Assembly: GCA_003697125.1 (NCBI GenBank)
Contig: RFGB01000186.1
Coordinates: 1-58,541, forward strand
Length of the DNA: 58,541 nt
Reading direction: 5' to 3'
DNA from: Alphaproteobacteria bacterium
Lineage (GTDB): Bacteria > Pseudomonadota > Alphaproteobacteria > Rhodobacterales > Rhodobacteraceae
Below, one piece after another: positions 9,465 to 18,945 of the stretch. A program made the position numbers and the translations under genes. The notes beneath the pieces were generated by a model, which was not told the DNA's origin, ran no database searches, and worked only from the letters and a program-made list of their open reading frames with translations. Each line of letters opens with the position of its first letter. The first letter of the stretch is position 1.

Positions 9465-9932
9465 TCAGCCGCAGGGCCACAGCGCGCCCGCGCCGGCGAA
9501 GACGGGGTGGCGCGCCTCGGCGCCCGGCGCGATCCCCAGCTCGGCCGCAAGCCCGCCATTGATCTCCAGCACCGCCAGCACCGGCACCGGCGCGCTGATC
9601 GGCGTCAGATCCCCCGGCCTGGCCCGCTCATGGACATGGACCACCCTGCCGCGATCATCGATGAAGATCATGTCGAGCGGGATCAGGGTGTTCTTCATCC
9701 AGAAGCTGACCCGCTCGGGCCGTTCGCTGACGAACAGCATGCCGGCGAAGCGCGGCAGGCTTTCGCGGAACATCAGCCCGCGCGCCCGCTCGGCCGGCTC
9801 GTCGGCCAGCTCGACATGGAACCGCACCTGTCCGAAGGGGCCGCGCAGGTCGATCGCGTCCTCGCGGCAGGCCGCCGCCGCGGGCAGCGCCCAGATGAGC
9901 GCCAGCACCACCAGGGCGGCGCGAGGGATCAT
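9465..9932 (-). CDS. DUF192 domain protein, secreted
   Basis: The last 155 aa of the 290-aa ORF begin with signal peptide [21 protein letters not shown] and carry the DUF192 core (RGLMFR...GMLF...[16 protein letters not shown]). The ATG overlaps the upstream gene's stop (ATGA). Confidence 0.82.
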   Translation of the reverse strand: MIPRAALVVLALIWALPAAAACREDAIDLRGPFGQVRFHVELADEPAERARGLMFRESLPRFAGMLFVSERPERVSFWMKNTLIPLDMIFIDDRGRVVHVHERARPGDLTPISAPVPVLAVLEINGGLAAELGIAPGAEARHPVFAGAGALWPCG

Positions 9933-10540
9933 TCCTGCGATGCGGCTTCCGCGGCCTGCTGGGCGCCGCGCTCCCACAGCGCGACCTCGGCCGCCATCAG
10001 CCCCCGCGGACCCTCGACGGTGCGCACCGCCACCGCCTCTCCGGGGGCGAGATCGCTGAGCCCGCTGCGGCGCAGCACCTCCATGTGCACGAAGATGTCC
10101 TCGGGCCGGCCGAAGATGTTGACGAAGCCGAAGCCCTTGACCTTGTCGAACCACTTCACCCGCGCCGGCTCGAAGGGCGACCTGACCTCCACCTCGGCGA
10201 TGAAGTCGGTGGGCCGCATCTCGCGCGGGGCGGAACCGTTCGGCTGCTCCAGCGCCAGGATCCGGGTGGCCTGGCGGCCCTTCTCGGTCTTCTGCACCTC
10301 GAGCCGGACCTGACTGCCCTCGGTCACGCTGGCGCATCCCCAGGCGCGCAACACATTGGCGTGGAGCAGCACGTCGCCCTGCCCGTCCTCGGCGACGACG
10401 AAGCCATAGCCCTTGCCGGCGTCATACCACTTGACCCGGCCGGCGACCGTGGCTCCCGTGGTGTCCTGCGTTCCCGACAATGCCGCCTCTGCGCTTCCCC
10501 GCCCGGTCGCCGCTCCGGGCTGGCAATCCATTCTGTTCAT
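9929..10540 (-). CDS. Cold-shock-domain protein with two tandem CSDs
   Basis: Two CSD cores are present: [20 protein letters not shown] and [19 protein letters not shown]. The start is uncertain (ATG at 10540 or 10531). Confidence 0.8.
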   Translation of the reverse strand: MNRMDCQPGAATGRGSAEAALSGTQDTTGATVAGRVKWYDAGKGYGFVVAEDGQGDVLLHANVLRAWGCASVTEGSQVRLEVQKTEKGRQATRILALEQPNGSAPREMRPTDFIAEVEVRSPFEPARVKWFDKVKGFGFVNIFGRPEDIFVHMEVLRRSGLSDLAPGEAVAVRTVEGPRGLMAAEVALWERGAQQAAEAASQE

Positions 10541-10620
10541 CCTGCCGCCCCCACAACGGCACCCCCGTCCGCAACTCATACTGCGCGACAATTCCCGCAG
10601 TTCAAGCTATTGTGTCACAA

Positions 10621-11424
10621 ATGATCCGCGTTGTCATTCCACGAAAGCCCGTCCACCGATTCCGCCGCGGCGCGGCCGTCGGCCTGATGCTGCTGCCCCT
10701 CATCGCCGGCTGCGCCCCGGGCGCGCGCGAGGCGCCGCCCGCGCCGCCATCCTTCCGCGACCTGGGCGACCGGGCGGGCCTGGTGGCCCGGGAGGGCCCG
10801 ACACTTTCCGCGGTGGCCGAGCGGGCGGCGCGGCTTGCCGCCGAGGCCAGGCCCGCCCCTTCGGCGCGGCCGGTTCCGGCGGAATTCCTGCCGCTGATCC
10901 ACGAAGCGCCCGAGGGGCTGCGCTTTCTTGCCCTGGGGCCGCACCGCGCGCTGGCCGCGGGCGATCCGCCGGCCAGCTGCCCGGCGCTTGCCGCGGGCGG
11001 GGGCGGGACGGCGGCCGATGCGGCGCGGGCGGCGGCCGGGCTCTGCCTTGCCCGGCTGCGGGCCGCCGAGGCGGGCGACTGCGGCTGCCGCATCCTGGCG
11101 GTCGATGATGCGCTCCTGGCCCCGCGGGCGGCCTTCGCCCATGCCAGCGGCCTGCCGGTGCGGCTTGTGCGCCATGGCCGGCTGTCGCGGCTGCGCCTTG
11201 TCGCGGTCGAGGCGTTCGACGGCGGCCGGCCGCGCACGCTGATCCTGGCGGGCGGGCGGCCGCTGTTCGTTCTGGACGAGGACGGGCTCAGCGAGCTCGG
11301 CCCCGACGGGCGGCCGCGCGGCGCGCCGGTCCCGGTCCGGCGCCGGCCGCTCGCGCTCGACCGCGGACGGATCCTGGAGCGGATCGAGGCGGGCGGGATC
11401 ACCCTGCTGATCGGGTTCGCCTGA
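10621..11424 (+). CDS. Hypothetical lipoprotein
   Basis: The ATG at 10621 gives MIRVV...GLMLLPLIAGCAPG, a lipobox. The frame shows strong G/C third-position bias and normal codon choice, unlike the two antisense shadow ORFs. I recognised no family. Confidence 0.65.
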   Translation: MIRVVIPRKPVHRFRRGAAVGLMLLPLIAGCAPGAREAPPAPPSFRDLGDRAGLVAREGPTLSAVAERAARLAAEARPAPSARPVPAEFLPLIHEAPEGLRFLALGPHRALAAGDPPASCPALAAGGGGTAADAARAAAGLCLARLRAAEAGDCGCRILAVDDALLAPRAAFAHASGLPVRLVRHGRLSRLRLVAVEAFDGGRPRTLILAGGRPLFVLDEDGLSELGPDGRPRGAPVPVRRRPLALDRGRILERIEAGGITLLIGFA

Positions 11425-11429
11425 CCGGA

Positions 11430-12164
11430 TCAGACATGCTGGCCGCCGTTGATGTGGATCTCGGTGCCCGAGACATAGGAGCTTTCCGGCGTGCACAGAT
11501 AGTAGATGGTGCGCGCCACCTCCTCGGGCCGGCCCAGCCGGCGCAGCGGGATCGTCTCGGCCAGCTTCTCGGTGCCCGGGCTCAGGATGTCGGTCTCGAT
11601 CTCGCCCGGCGCGATGGCGTTGACGCGGATGCCATGGGGCCCCAGGTCATGGGCCATCTCGCGCGTCAGCGCGGCCAGCGCCGCCTTCGATGTGGCATAG
11701 GCCGCGCCGGCGAAGGGATGCACGCGGCTGCCGGCGATCGAGGTGACGTTCACGATCGCCCCCCGCGCGGCGCGCAGCTCCTCGAACAGGCCGCGCGCCA
11801 GGATGACGCTGGCGAAGAAGTTGACCTGAAAAACATGCGCCCAGCCGCGCAGGTCGGTGGTCAGGGTGTCCAGCCTTTCCCCGTTCGGCCCCTTGGGCGA
11901 GATGCCGGCATTGTTGACCAACGCCTCCAGCCTGCCCGCGGCGAGGCGGCGGCGGATCTCGCCCACCGCGCGCAGGGTGTCGGCCTCGTCGGACAGATCG
12001 ACCTGGATGTGATCCTCCGGACCCGCCTCCCAGGGGCAGTCCTCCGGGAAGGGATGGCGCGAACAGGTGATGACCCGCCACCCCGCCGAGGCGAAGCGCT
12101 TCACCGTGGCATGGCCGATGCCGCGGCTGGCGCCGGTCAGCAGCAGCGTCTTGCGATCGGGCAT
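11430..12164 (-). CDS. SDR-family oxidoreductase
   Basis: 244 aa with TGASRGIG cofactor motif and the YxxxK catalytic motif (YATSKAAL). Confidence 0.88.
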   Translation of the reverse strand: MPDRKTLLLTGASRGIGHATVKRFASAGWRVITCSRHPFPEDCPWEAGPEDHIQVDLSDEADTLRAVGEIRRRLAAGRLEALVNNAGISPKGPNGERLDTLTTDLRGWAHVFQVNFFASVILARGLFEELRAARGAIVNVTSIAGSRVHPFAGAAYATSKAALAALTREMAHDLGPHGIRVNAIAPGEIETDILSPGTEKLAETIPLRRLGRPEEVARTIYYLCTPESSYVSGTEIHINGGQHV

Positions 12165-12228
12165 GGTCCGCCTCCTGCATTTGCCGGCGCAGAATGCGTG
12201 GCGGCGCGCACGGCGGCAAGCCCCGCGA

Positions 12229-12855
12229 TCAGGGATAGAGCCGGGTCACCGTCCACTGGGCGCTGCCGACATCCGGCCGGGTCCAGCGGAAGCGGTCATG
12301 CAGCCGGTAGGCCCCCTCGGCCCAGAACTCGATCTCCAGCGGACGGATGCGGAACCCGCCCCAGTGGGGCGGGCGGCGGGGCGCATTGCCATGCAGGGCG
12401 GCCTGCTTGGCGACCTCGGCCATCAGGGCGGCGCGGCTGCGCAGCGGCCGCGACTGGCGCGACGCCCAGGCGCCGATGCGCGACTGCAACGGGCGCGAGG
12501 CGAAGTAGGCATCGGCCTTCGGGCCGTCCTCGCGGGTGACCAGCCCGCGCACCCTGACCTGCCGGCGCAGCGACTTCCAGTGCAGGACGAAGGCGGCCTT
12601 GCCCGCGGCAAGCTCGCGGGCCTTGACGCTCTCGTAATTGGTATAGAACAGGAAGGCACCGCGCGCCCCGCGGCCCTCGATCTCCTTCAGCAGGACCATG
12701 CGCACATTCGGCATGCCGCGGTCATCCACCGTGGCCAGCGCCATCGCCTCGGGATCGGCGGGCTCGCTCTCGGCCGCCTCGGCCAGCCAGCGGCGCGCGA
12801 TCTCGATCGGATCCTCGCCCGCGAAGATGTCCTTCCGCCTCGCCGGTTCCGCCAT
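12229..12855 (-). CDS. pdxH: Pyridoxamine 5'-phosphate oxidase
   Basis: [11 protein letters not shown]...[20 protein letters not shown]...RQVRVRGL...[15 protein letters not shown]...RLHDR are PdxH signatures. The internal ATG was chosen over the 235-aa track start. Confidence 0.9.
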   Translation of the reverse strand: MAEPARRKDIFAGEDPIEIARRWLAEAAESEPADPEAMALATVDDRGMPNVRMVLLKEIEGRGARGAFLFYTNYESVKARELAAGKAAFVLHWKSLRRQVRVRGLVTREDGPKADAYFASRPLQSRIGAWASRQSRPLRSRAALMAEVAKQAALHGNAPRRPPHWGGFRIRPLEIEFWAEGAYRLHDRFRWTRPDVGSAQWTVTRLYP

Positions 12856-12987
12856 CGCCTCCTCCCGCTGCCAGCGCCGCGCAGCATATTCGCCGGCGCG
12901 GGGAAGTCGAGACCACGGCTTGCGGCAGGGCGGCAAAGCGCCTAAAGGCTATGTCAACCTGCAGGCGGCGGATGTTCCGGGGGCGGA

Positions 12988-13815
12988 ATGGTACAGGTGA
13001 CCGAGCTGATGCGCGGCAAGCGCGGCCTGATCATGGGGGTGGCCAACGACAAGTCGCTCGCCTGGGGCATCGCCCGCGAATGCGCCGCGGCGGGGGCCGA
13101 GCTGGCCTTCACCTATCAGGGCGAGGCGCTGGAGAAGCGCGTGCGGCCGCTGGCCGCCTCGGTGGGCTCGGAGCTTGTGCTGCCCTGCGACGTGACCGTG
13201 CCCGAAAGCATCGACGCGGTCTTCGCCGCGCTGGCCGGCCGCTGGGGGCGGCTCGACTTCCTGGTCCACGCCATCGGATTCTCGGACAAGAACGAGCTTC
13301 GCGGGCGCTATGTCGACACCAGCTACGAGAATTTCGCCCTGACGATGAATGTCTCGGTCTATTCCTTCACGGCGGTGGCGCAGCGTGCCGAGAAGCTGAT
13401 GACCGGGGGCGGGTCGCTTCTGACGCTGACCTATTACGGGTCTGAGAAGGTGATGCCCCACTACAACGTGATGGGGCTGGCCAAGGCGGCGCTGGAATGC
13501 AGCGTGCGCTACATGGCGATGGATCTGGGGCCGCAGAACATCCGGGTGAACGCGCTGTCGGCGGGCCCGATCAAGACGCTGGCCGCCAGCGGCATCGGCG
13601 ACTTCCGCTATATCCTGCGCTGGAACGAGCTGAACTCGCCCCTGCGCCGCAACGTCACCCAGACCGATGTCGGGCGGGCCGGGCTGTATCTGCTGTCGGA
13701 TCTCGCCTCGGGCGTCACCGGCGAGGTGCACCATGTCGATGCCGGCTATCATGTCGTGGGCATGAAGGCCGAGGATGCCCCCGACATCGCCGTGGTTCAG
13801 GGACGCCAGGAATGA
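12988..13815 (+). CDS. fabI: Enoyl-ACP reductase (NADH), FabI
   Basis: [23 protein letters not shown]...[22 protein letters not shown] is the FabI pattern. The start could also be the ATG at 13009. Confidence 0.92.
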   Translation: MVQVTELMRGKRGLIMGVANDKSLAWGIARECAAAGAELAFTYQGEALEKRVRPLAASVGSELVLPCDVTVPESIDAVFAALAGRWGRLDFLVHAIGFSDKNELRGRYVDTSYENFALTMNVSVYSFTAVAQRAEKLMTGGGSLLTLTYYGSEKVMPHYNVMGLAKAALECSVRYMAMDLGPQNIRVNALSAGPIKTLAASGIGDFRYILRWNELNSPLRRNVTQTDVGRAGLYLLSDLASGVTGEVHHVDAGYHVVGMKAEDAPDIAVVQGRQE

Positions 13816-14315
13816 CCGACCGCCTGCCGCACGAGAAGGGCTTCCACGTCTCGTGGGATCAGCTGCACCGCGACGCCCGCGCCCTGGCCTGGCGGCTGGA
13901 CCGGCAGGGTCCGGGTGCGGAGGGGGCGTGGAAGGCGGTCGTGGCGGTCACCCGCGGCGGCATGGCCCCGGCGATGATCGTGGCGCGCGAGCTGGACATC
14001 CGCATCGTCGACACCATCAGCGTGAAGAGCTACGACCACCAGACCCAGGCCGACCCGGTGCTGCTGAAAGCCCCCGATGCCGGGGTGATCGGCGATGGCG
14101 AGGGGGTGCTGATCGTCGACGACCTTGTCGACAGCGGCCGCACGCTGGACCTGGTCCGCCAGCTCTACCCCAGGGCGCATTTCGCCACCGTCTATGCCAA
14201 GCCCAAGGGCAAGCCGATGGTCGACACCTATGTCACCGAGGTCAGCCAGGATACCTGGATCTTCTTCCCCTGGGACATGGCGCTGCAATATGTCGAACCC
14301 TATCGCGGGCGCTGA
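13812..14315 (+). CDS. gpt: Xanthine-guanine phosphoribosyltransferase
   Basis: [26 protein letters not shown]...[13 protein letters not shown] (PRPP motif)...TWIFFPWD. The ATG overlaps the fabI stop (ATGA). Confidence 0.9.
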   Translation: MTDRLPHEKGFHVSWDQLHRDARALAWRLDRQGPGAEGAWKAVVAVTRGGMAPAMIVARELDIRIVDTISVKSYDHQTQADPVLLKAPDAGVIGDGEGVLIVDDLVDSGRTLDLVRQLYPRAHFATVYAKPKGKPMVDTYVTEVSQDTWIFFPWDMALQYVEPYRGR

Positions 14316-14330
14316 ACTCGGGACGGCGCG

Positions 14331-14777
14331 ATGATCGGCCGGCTGATCGCCGCGCTGGGCCGTGCCGGGGCGCCGCAGGCCGCGCCGCCCGGGGATGGCG
14401 GGCGCCTCGCGCTCGCCGCGCTGATGGTGCGCCTTGCGCGGGCCGATCAGCGCTATACCGCCGAGGAGGCGGGGATGATCGACGCGCTGCTCGCCACGCG
14501 CTTCGGGCTCGGGCCGGAAGAGGCGGCGCGGCTGCGCGCCGAGGCCGAACGGCTCGAGGCCGGAGCCCCCGACACCGTGCGGTTCACTCGCGCCATCCGC
14601 GAGCTGGTTCCCCACGAGGCGCGCTTCGCCCTGGTCGAGGATCTGTGGCGCGTGGTGCTGGCCGACGGGCGCCGCGACGCCGAGGAGGACGGCCTGATGC
14701 GGCTTGCGGCGAATCTCCTCGGCGTCCCGGACCGCGACAGCGCCATCGCCCGCCGGAATGCCGCCCGGCGGGGCTGA
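14331..14777 (+). CDS. TerB-family (tellurite-resistance-like) protein
   Basis: 148 aa with a TerB-like helical pattern (LMVRLARADQRYTAEEAGMIDALL...LWRVVLADGRRDAEEDGLMRLAANLLGV). Confidence 0.75.
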   Translation: MIGRLIAALGRAGAPQAAPPGDGGRLALAALMVRLARADQRYTAEEAGMIDALLATRFGLGPEEAARLRAEAERLEAGAPDTVRFTRAIRELVPHEARFALVEDLWRVVLADGRRDAEEDGLMRLAANLLGVPDRDSAIARRNAARRG

Positions 14778-14783
14778 CGGCGG

Positions 14784-16157
14784 CTAGTTCACAATGATCT
14801 CGGGGCCCATCAGAAGCGTGGGCAGCCATGTGCTGATGATCGGCACATAGGTGACGATGATCAGGAACGCGAACAGGATGCCCAGCCAGGGCAGCGCCGC
14901 GCGCACCACCGACATCACCGGCATGCCGGCCACCCCCGAGGTGACGAACAGGTTCAGCCCCACGGGCGGGGTGATCATGCCGATCTCCATGTTCACCACC
15001 ATGATGATGCCCAGATGGATCGGATCGATCCCCAGCTCGATCGCGATCGGGAAGACCAGCGGCGCCACGATCACGATCAGCCCCGAAGGCTCCATGAACT
15101 GGCCCCCGAACAGCAGGATCAGGTTGACCACGATCAGGAAGGTCCACCAGCTGAGCCCGGCATCCAGCATCGCCTGCGCGATCGCCTGCGGCACCTGCTC
15201 GTCGGTCAGCACATGCTTCAGGATCAGCGCATTGGCGATGATGAACATCAGCATCACCGTCAGCCGCCCGGCCTCATACAGCGCCTTGCGGGTGTCGCGG
15301 TGCACCCAGGCGGTCAGGATCGCCAGCGGCCGGCGCCAGTAGGGCTGCGGCCGGCCGTCGAAGAACAGCGGCCCCATGTCGCGATAGACGAAGTTCGCCA
15401 CCAGGAAGGCATAGACCGCCGCCACCGCCGCCGCCTCGGTCGGGGTCATGAAGCCGCCATAGATCCCGCCCAGGATGATGAAGATTAGGAACAGCCCCCA
15501 GAACGCATCGCGGAAGCTGTCGGCAACCTCGCCCCAGCCCAGCCAGTCGCCGCGCGGCAGATTGCCCAGCCGCGCCGCGACATAGATGCCGATCATCAGC
15601 ATCAGCCCGGCGAGAAGCCCGGGCACCACCCCGGCCATGAACATCCGCCCCACCGAGACATCGGTGGCCGCGGCATAGACCACCATCACGATCGAGGGCG
15701 GGATCAGGATGCCCAGCGTTCCGGCGTTGCAGATCACGCCGGCGGCGAATTCGCGGCTGTATCCCACCTGCCGCATGCCGGCAATGACGATCGAGCCGAT
15801 CGCGACCACGGTGGCGGGCGACGAGCCCGACAGCGCCGCGAACATCATGCAGGCGAACACCCCTGCCATCGCCAGCCCGCCGCTGAGATGGCCCACGCAG
15901 GCGATGGCGAAGCGGATGATCCGCCGTGCCACCCCGCCGGTGGACATGAAGGTCGATGCCAGGATGAAGAACGGGATCGCGGTCAGGGTGTAATGCCCGG
16001 CCATGGCGTCGAAGAAGCCCTGCGCCACCGAGGCGAGGCTGGCCTCGGAGAACAGGAGCAGGAACACCATCGACGAAAAGCCGAGCGCCACCGCGATCGG
16101 CACCCCGATCAGCAGGAGCCCGACGATCAGCACGAACAGCAGCAGTGCCGACATCAC
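14784..16157 (-). CDS. dctM: TRAP transporter large permease
   Basis: 457-aa polytopic membrane protein of the DctM family. Its start overlaps the dctQ stop by 4 nt. Confidence 0.92.
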   Translation of the reverse strand: MMSALLLFVLIVGLLLIGVPIAVALGFSSMVFLLLFSEASLASVAQGFFDAMAGHYTLTAIPFFILASTFMSTGGVARRIIRFAIACVGHLSGGLAMAGVFACMMFAALSGSSPATVVAIGSIVIAGMRQVGYSREFAAGVICNAGTLGILIPPSIVMVVYAAATDVSVGRMFMAGVVPGLLAGLMLMIGIYVAARLGNLPRGDWLGWGEVADSFRDAFWGLFLIFIILGGIYGGFMTPTEAAAVAAVYAFLVANFVYRDMGPLFFDGRPQPYWRRPLAILTAWVHRDTRKALYEAGRLTVMLMFIIANALILKHVLTDEQVPQAIAQAMLDAGLSWWTFLIVVNLILLFGGQFMEPSGLIVIVAPLVFPIAIELGIDPIHLGIIMVVNMEIGMITPPVGLNLFVTSGVAGMPVMSVVRAALPWLGILFAFLIIVTYVPIISTWLPTLLMGPEIIVN

Positions 16158-16891
16158 GCGCCTCCCCGGCCGGCACCGGCTGCCCGCTCGTCCACAAGAT
16201 CCTCGGCCTCATGCCCGGCAATCAGACGGTCCTGCGTGCCGCGCCAGATGCGCAGCGTGGCCTGCACGAAGCGCACGAGCAGCAGCAGCGCCCCCAGCGG
16301 CAGCACCGCATAGGGCAGCACCCGGGGCAGCTTCTCGTATTCCTCGCCCTCGTTGAACACATCCTCCAGAAAGCGCAGCCAGGAAGGCATCGGCGTGTCG
16401 TTCACCTCATACCAGCCCTGGCCCAGCGCCCCGAAATCCAGGCCGGTGGGAAACCAGCGCCCCGTGGTGGGCGGCAGGTTGGCGAAGGGGGCCCAGAAAT
16501 CCCACGCCGCCTTCAGAAGCAGCAGCGCATAGGCCACGCAGACCGCGGCGCTGGCCAGGCCGAGCGCCCGGCGCCCCGCGGGCGAGAGCAGGTTGATCGC
16601 CACGTCGATGCCCAGATTGGCCGACAGCTTCACCAGATGGCTGATGCCGATCAGGACAAGCCAGGCGAACAGGAAGCCCGTCATCTCGACCGCCCAGAGG
16701 AATTCCAGCTTGGGCAGGACGATGAAGTCGAACGGCGCGGCCAGCGGCACGCCGTCGAACAGATAGCGCACCGGCACGTTGATGAAGGTGATGATGGTCA
16801 TCAGGCCGATCAGGACGGCGATCGCCGTCTCCTCGATCGCGTTGACCGCCCGGCCGAGCGCGGTCCGGGGCTCGTATCGCGGACTGGTCAT
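16154..16891 (-). CDS. dctQ: TRAP transporter small permease
   Basis: 245-aa DctQ-like membrane protein encoded between dctP and dctM. Confidence 0.85.
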   Translation of the reverse strand: MTSPRYEPRTALGRAVNAIEETAIAVLIGLMTIITFINVPVRYLFDGVPLAAPFDFIVLPKLEFLWAVEMTGFLFAWLVLIGISHLVKLSANLGIDVAINLLSPAGRRALGLASAAVCVAYALLLLKAAWDFWAPFANLPPTTGRWFPTGLDFGALGQGWYEVNDTPMPSWLRFLEDVFNEGEEYEKLPRVLPYAVLPLGALLLLVRFVQATLRIWRGTQDRLIAGHEAEDLVDERAAGAGRGGA

Positions 16892-16972
16892 CGGGTGCCC
16901 TCCGGCTGGCGGCCGGCCCGCGCGGGCCGGCGCGGTCGGAAGGGGGGCGGGCGCGCCGCCCCCGGTCGGGGC

Positions 16973-17977
16973 TCAGTGGCGGGCGTTGATTTCCTGCGCC
17001 AGCGCGATCAGCTCGGGCGAGACGTCATCCTCGAACTGCTTCCAGACCGGCTTCATCGCCTCGACCCAGGCCTGCCGCTGCTCCGGCGTCAGGGTGCGGA
17101 TCACCCCGCCGGCCTTGATGATCGCCTGCTTGGCCTCCTCGTTGATCCGCTCCACCTCGGCATTGCGCTCGGCGGTGACCTCGTCAAGGATGGTCTTCAG
17201 CTGGGTGCGCACGTCGTCGGGCAGATCGTTCCACCAGCGCGCATTGACCGCGACCAGATAGTCGATGATGCCGTGATTGGTCTCGGTGATCCCGTCCTGC
17301 ACCTCGAAGAACTTCTGGCCCCAGATGTTCGACCAGGTGTTCTCCTGCCCGTCCACGACCCCGGTCTGCAGCGCGCCATAGACCTCGGAGAAGGCCATCT
17401 TCTGCGGGCTTGCCCCCAGCGCGTTCATCTGCGCCACCAGCACGTCGGAGGGCTGGACGCGGAACTTGAGCCCGCGCATGTCCTCGGGCAGGATCAGCGG
17501 CCGGTTGGCCGACATCTGCTTCATCCCGTTGTGCCAGAAGGTCAGCCCCAGCACCCCGCGCCGGACCATCGAGGTGAGCAGCTCCTGCACCTGCGGCGTC
17601 TGCTGGAACTCGTCCACCGCCCGGATGTTCTTGAACATGAAGGGCAGGTCGAAGATGCGGAACTTCTTGGTGAACTGTTCGAACTTCGACAGCGACGGCG
17701 CCAGCATCTGCACGTCGCCGCGCAGCAGCGCCTCCATCTCCTTGTCGTCGCCATAGAGGGTCGAGTTGGGATAGACCTCGACACAGACCTTGCCGTTCAT
17801 CTCGGCATTGACCCGCTCGGCGAAGCGGGCCGCGGCCAGCCCCTTCGGATGCCGGTCGGCATTGGTCACATGGCTGAACTTGATCACGATCTCGCCGGGA
17901 TCGCATTGCGCCAGCGCCGCGGGCGCCGCTCCGACGGCAAGCGTGGCGGCAGCGGTCAGGGCTGCAAGAAGACGCAT
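16973..17977 (-). CDS. dctP: TRAP transporter substrate-binding protein
   Basis: Signal peptide MRLLAALTAAATLAVGAAPAALA followed by a DctP-family body. The ATG at 17977 is preceded by GGGAGG. Confidence 0.9.
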   Translation of the reverse strand: MRLLAALTAAATLAVGAAPAALAQCDPGEIVIKFSHVTNADRHPKGLAAARFAERVNAEMNGKVCVEVYPNSTLYGDDKEMEALLRGDVQMLAPSLSKFEQFTKKFRIFDLPFMFKNIRAVDEFQQTPQVQELLTSMVRRGVLGLTFWHNGMKQMSANRPLILPEDMRGLKFRVQPSDVLVAQMNALGASPQKMAFSEVYGALQTGVVDGQENTWSNIWGQKFFEVQDGITETNHGIIDYLVAVNARWWNDLPDDVRTQLKTILDEVTAERNAEVERINEEAKQAIIKAGGVIRTLTPEQRQAWVEAMKPVWKQFEDDVSPELIALAQEINARH

Positions 17978-18064
17978 CGGGAACCTCCCTTGTCCGTGTT
18001 GTGGCGTCATTGACCGCACTAGAGCAAGAAACGCGCGGCTTGCCTAGCCCCGCTCTGCCACGGG

Positions 18065-18859
18065 TCAGGGCGGGAACGGGAAGGGACCCTCGACCGCCTC
18101 GACCATCACCGTCTTGACCGTCAGCGTCGCGCCGTCCCAGTCATGCAGGCGGATGCGCAGCGGCTCGACGGTGAAGCCGGCGGGCAGGCCGCGGGGGCTC
18201 TCGGCGAAGGCCGGCAGATCGACCGGCAGCTGGGCCGAGGCGGCCGGCGCGGCCGAGACCAGCGTGCCCGCCCAGTGCCGTTCGACATCCGCATGGACAT
18301 GGCCGCAGGCGATGCGCAGGACCTCGCGCCCGGCGATCGCCCGCGCCAGCGCCGCGCCGCCCTCGAAGGGAAAGCCGTCCATGAAGGGCAGCCCCATCGG
18401 GCAGGGCGGATGATGCATGAAGATGAGCACGGGGCCGCCCTGTGGCACGGCCTCCAGCAGCTTCAGCCGGTCCGCGCACAGCCGTCCCCCGGTCCTGCCG
18501 GGTTCGAGCGTGTCGAGCCCGACGAGGCGCAGGCCGCGGGCCTCCTCGCTGAAGCCGAGAAAGCCGTCGCCGGGGCGCCCGAAGGCCGCGCCCAGCCCGG
18601 CGCGGGTGTCGTGATTGCCGGGAAGCAGGCGCAGCGGCGCCTTCAGCCCCGACAGGATGTCCGCCGCCACCGCATATTGCGGCGCGCCGTCCTCGCGGTC
18701 GGCGCTGTCTGCGACATCGCCGGTATGGACCACCAGATCCGGGCCGATGCGGTTCAGCGCCGCCACCAGCCGCGCCAGCGTCGCGGCCGGATCGACCCGG
18801 CCCTTCCACAGCTCGCCGCGCGCGCGCATGTGGGTGTCGGTGATCTGCGCGATCCGCAT
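18065..18859 (-). CDS. Metallophosphoesterase (class III CpdA / GpdQ-like phosphodiesterase)
   Basis: MRIAQITDTHM (DxH), HTGDVAD (GD), LPGNHDT (GNHD), MHHPP and CGHVHAD (GHxH). The internal ATG at 18859 was chosen. Confidence 0.85.
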   Translation of the reverse strand: MRIAQITDTHMRARGELWKGRVDPAATLARLVAALNRIGPDLVVHTGDVADSADREDGAPQYAVAADILSGLKAPLRLLPGNHDTRAGLGAAFGRPGDGFLGFSEEARGLRLVGLDTLEPGRTGGRLCADRLKLLEAVPQGGPVLIFMHHPPCPMGLPFMDGFPFEGGAALARAIAGREVLRIACGHVHADVERHWAGTLVSAAPAASAQLPVDLPAFAESPRGLPAGFTVEPLRIRLHDWDGATLTVKTVMVEAVEGPFPFPP

Positions 18860-18867
18860 CCCGCAAT

Positions 18868-18932
18868 CCTGTCTGGACATCGAATTGTCACGGGGCGAGG
18901 ATAACAGCACCGGGTCAACCGGACCAGACAGG
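18868..18932. promoter_or_regulatory. 9-bp inverted repeat CCTGTCTGG ... CCAGACAGG bracketing a divergent promoter region
   Basis: The arms are at 18868-18876 and 18924-18932. Each arm abuts the RBS of the outward-facing gene, so both leaders begin CCAGACAGG(A/G). Confidence 0.35.
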
Positions 18933-18945
18933 GGAGAGAAGACGC

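Noticed and set aside
9308-9465. tRNA-Pro (and tRNA-Cys at 56882-56955) as possible integration sites of a genomic island
   Set aside because: I saw no integrase, excisionase, transposase or obvious direct repeat of the tRNA 3' end next to either tRNA. The flanking genes look like ordinary chromosomal genes.
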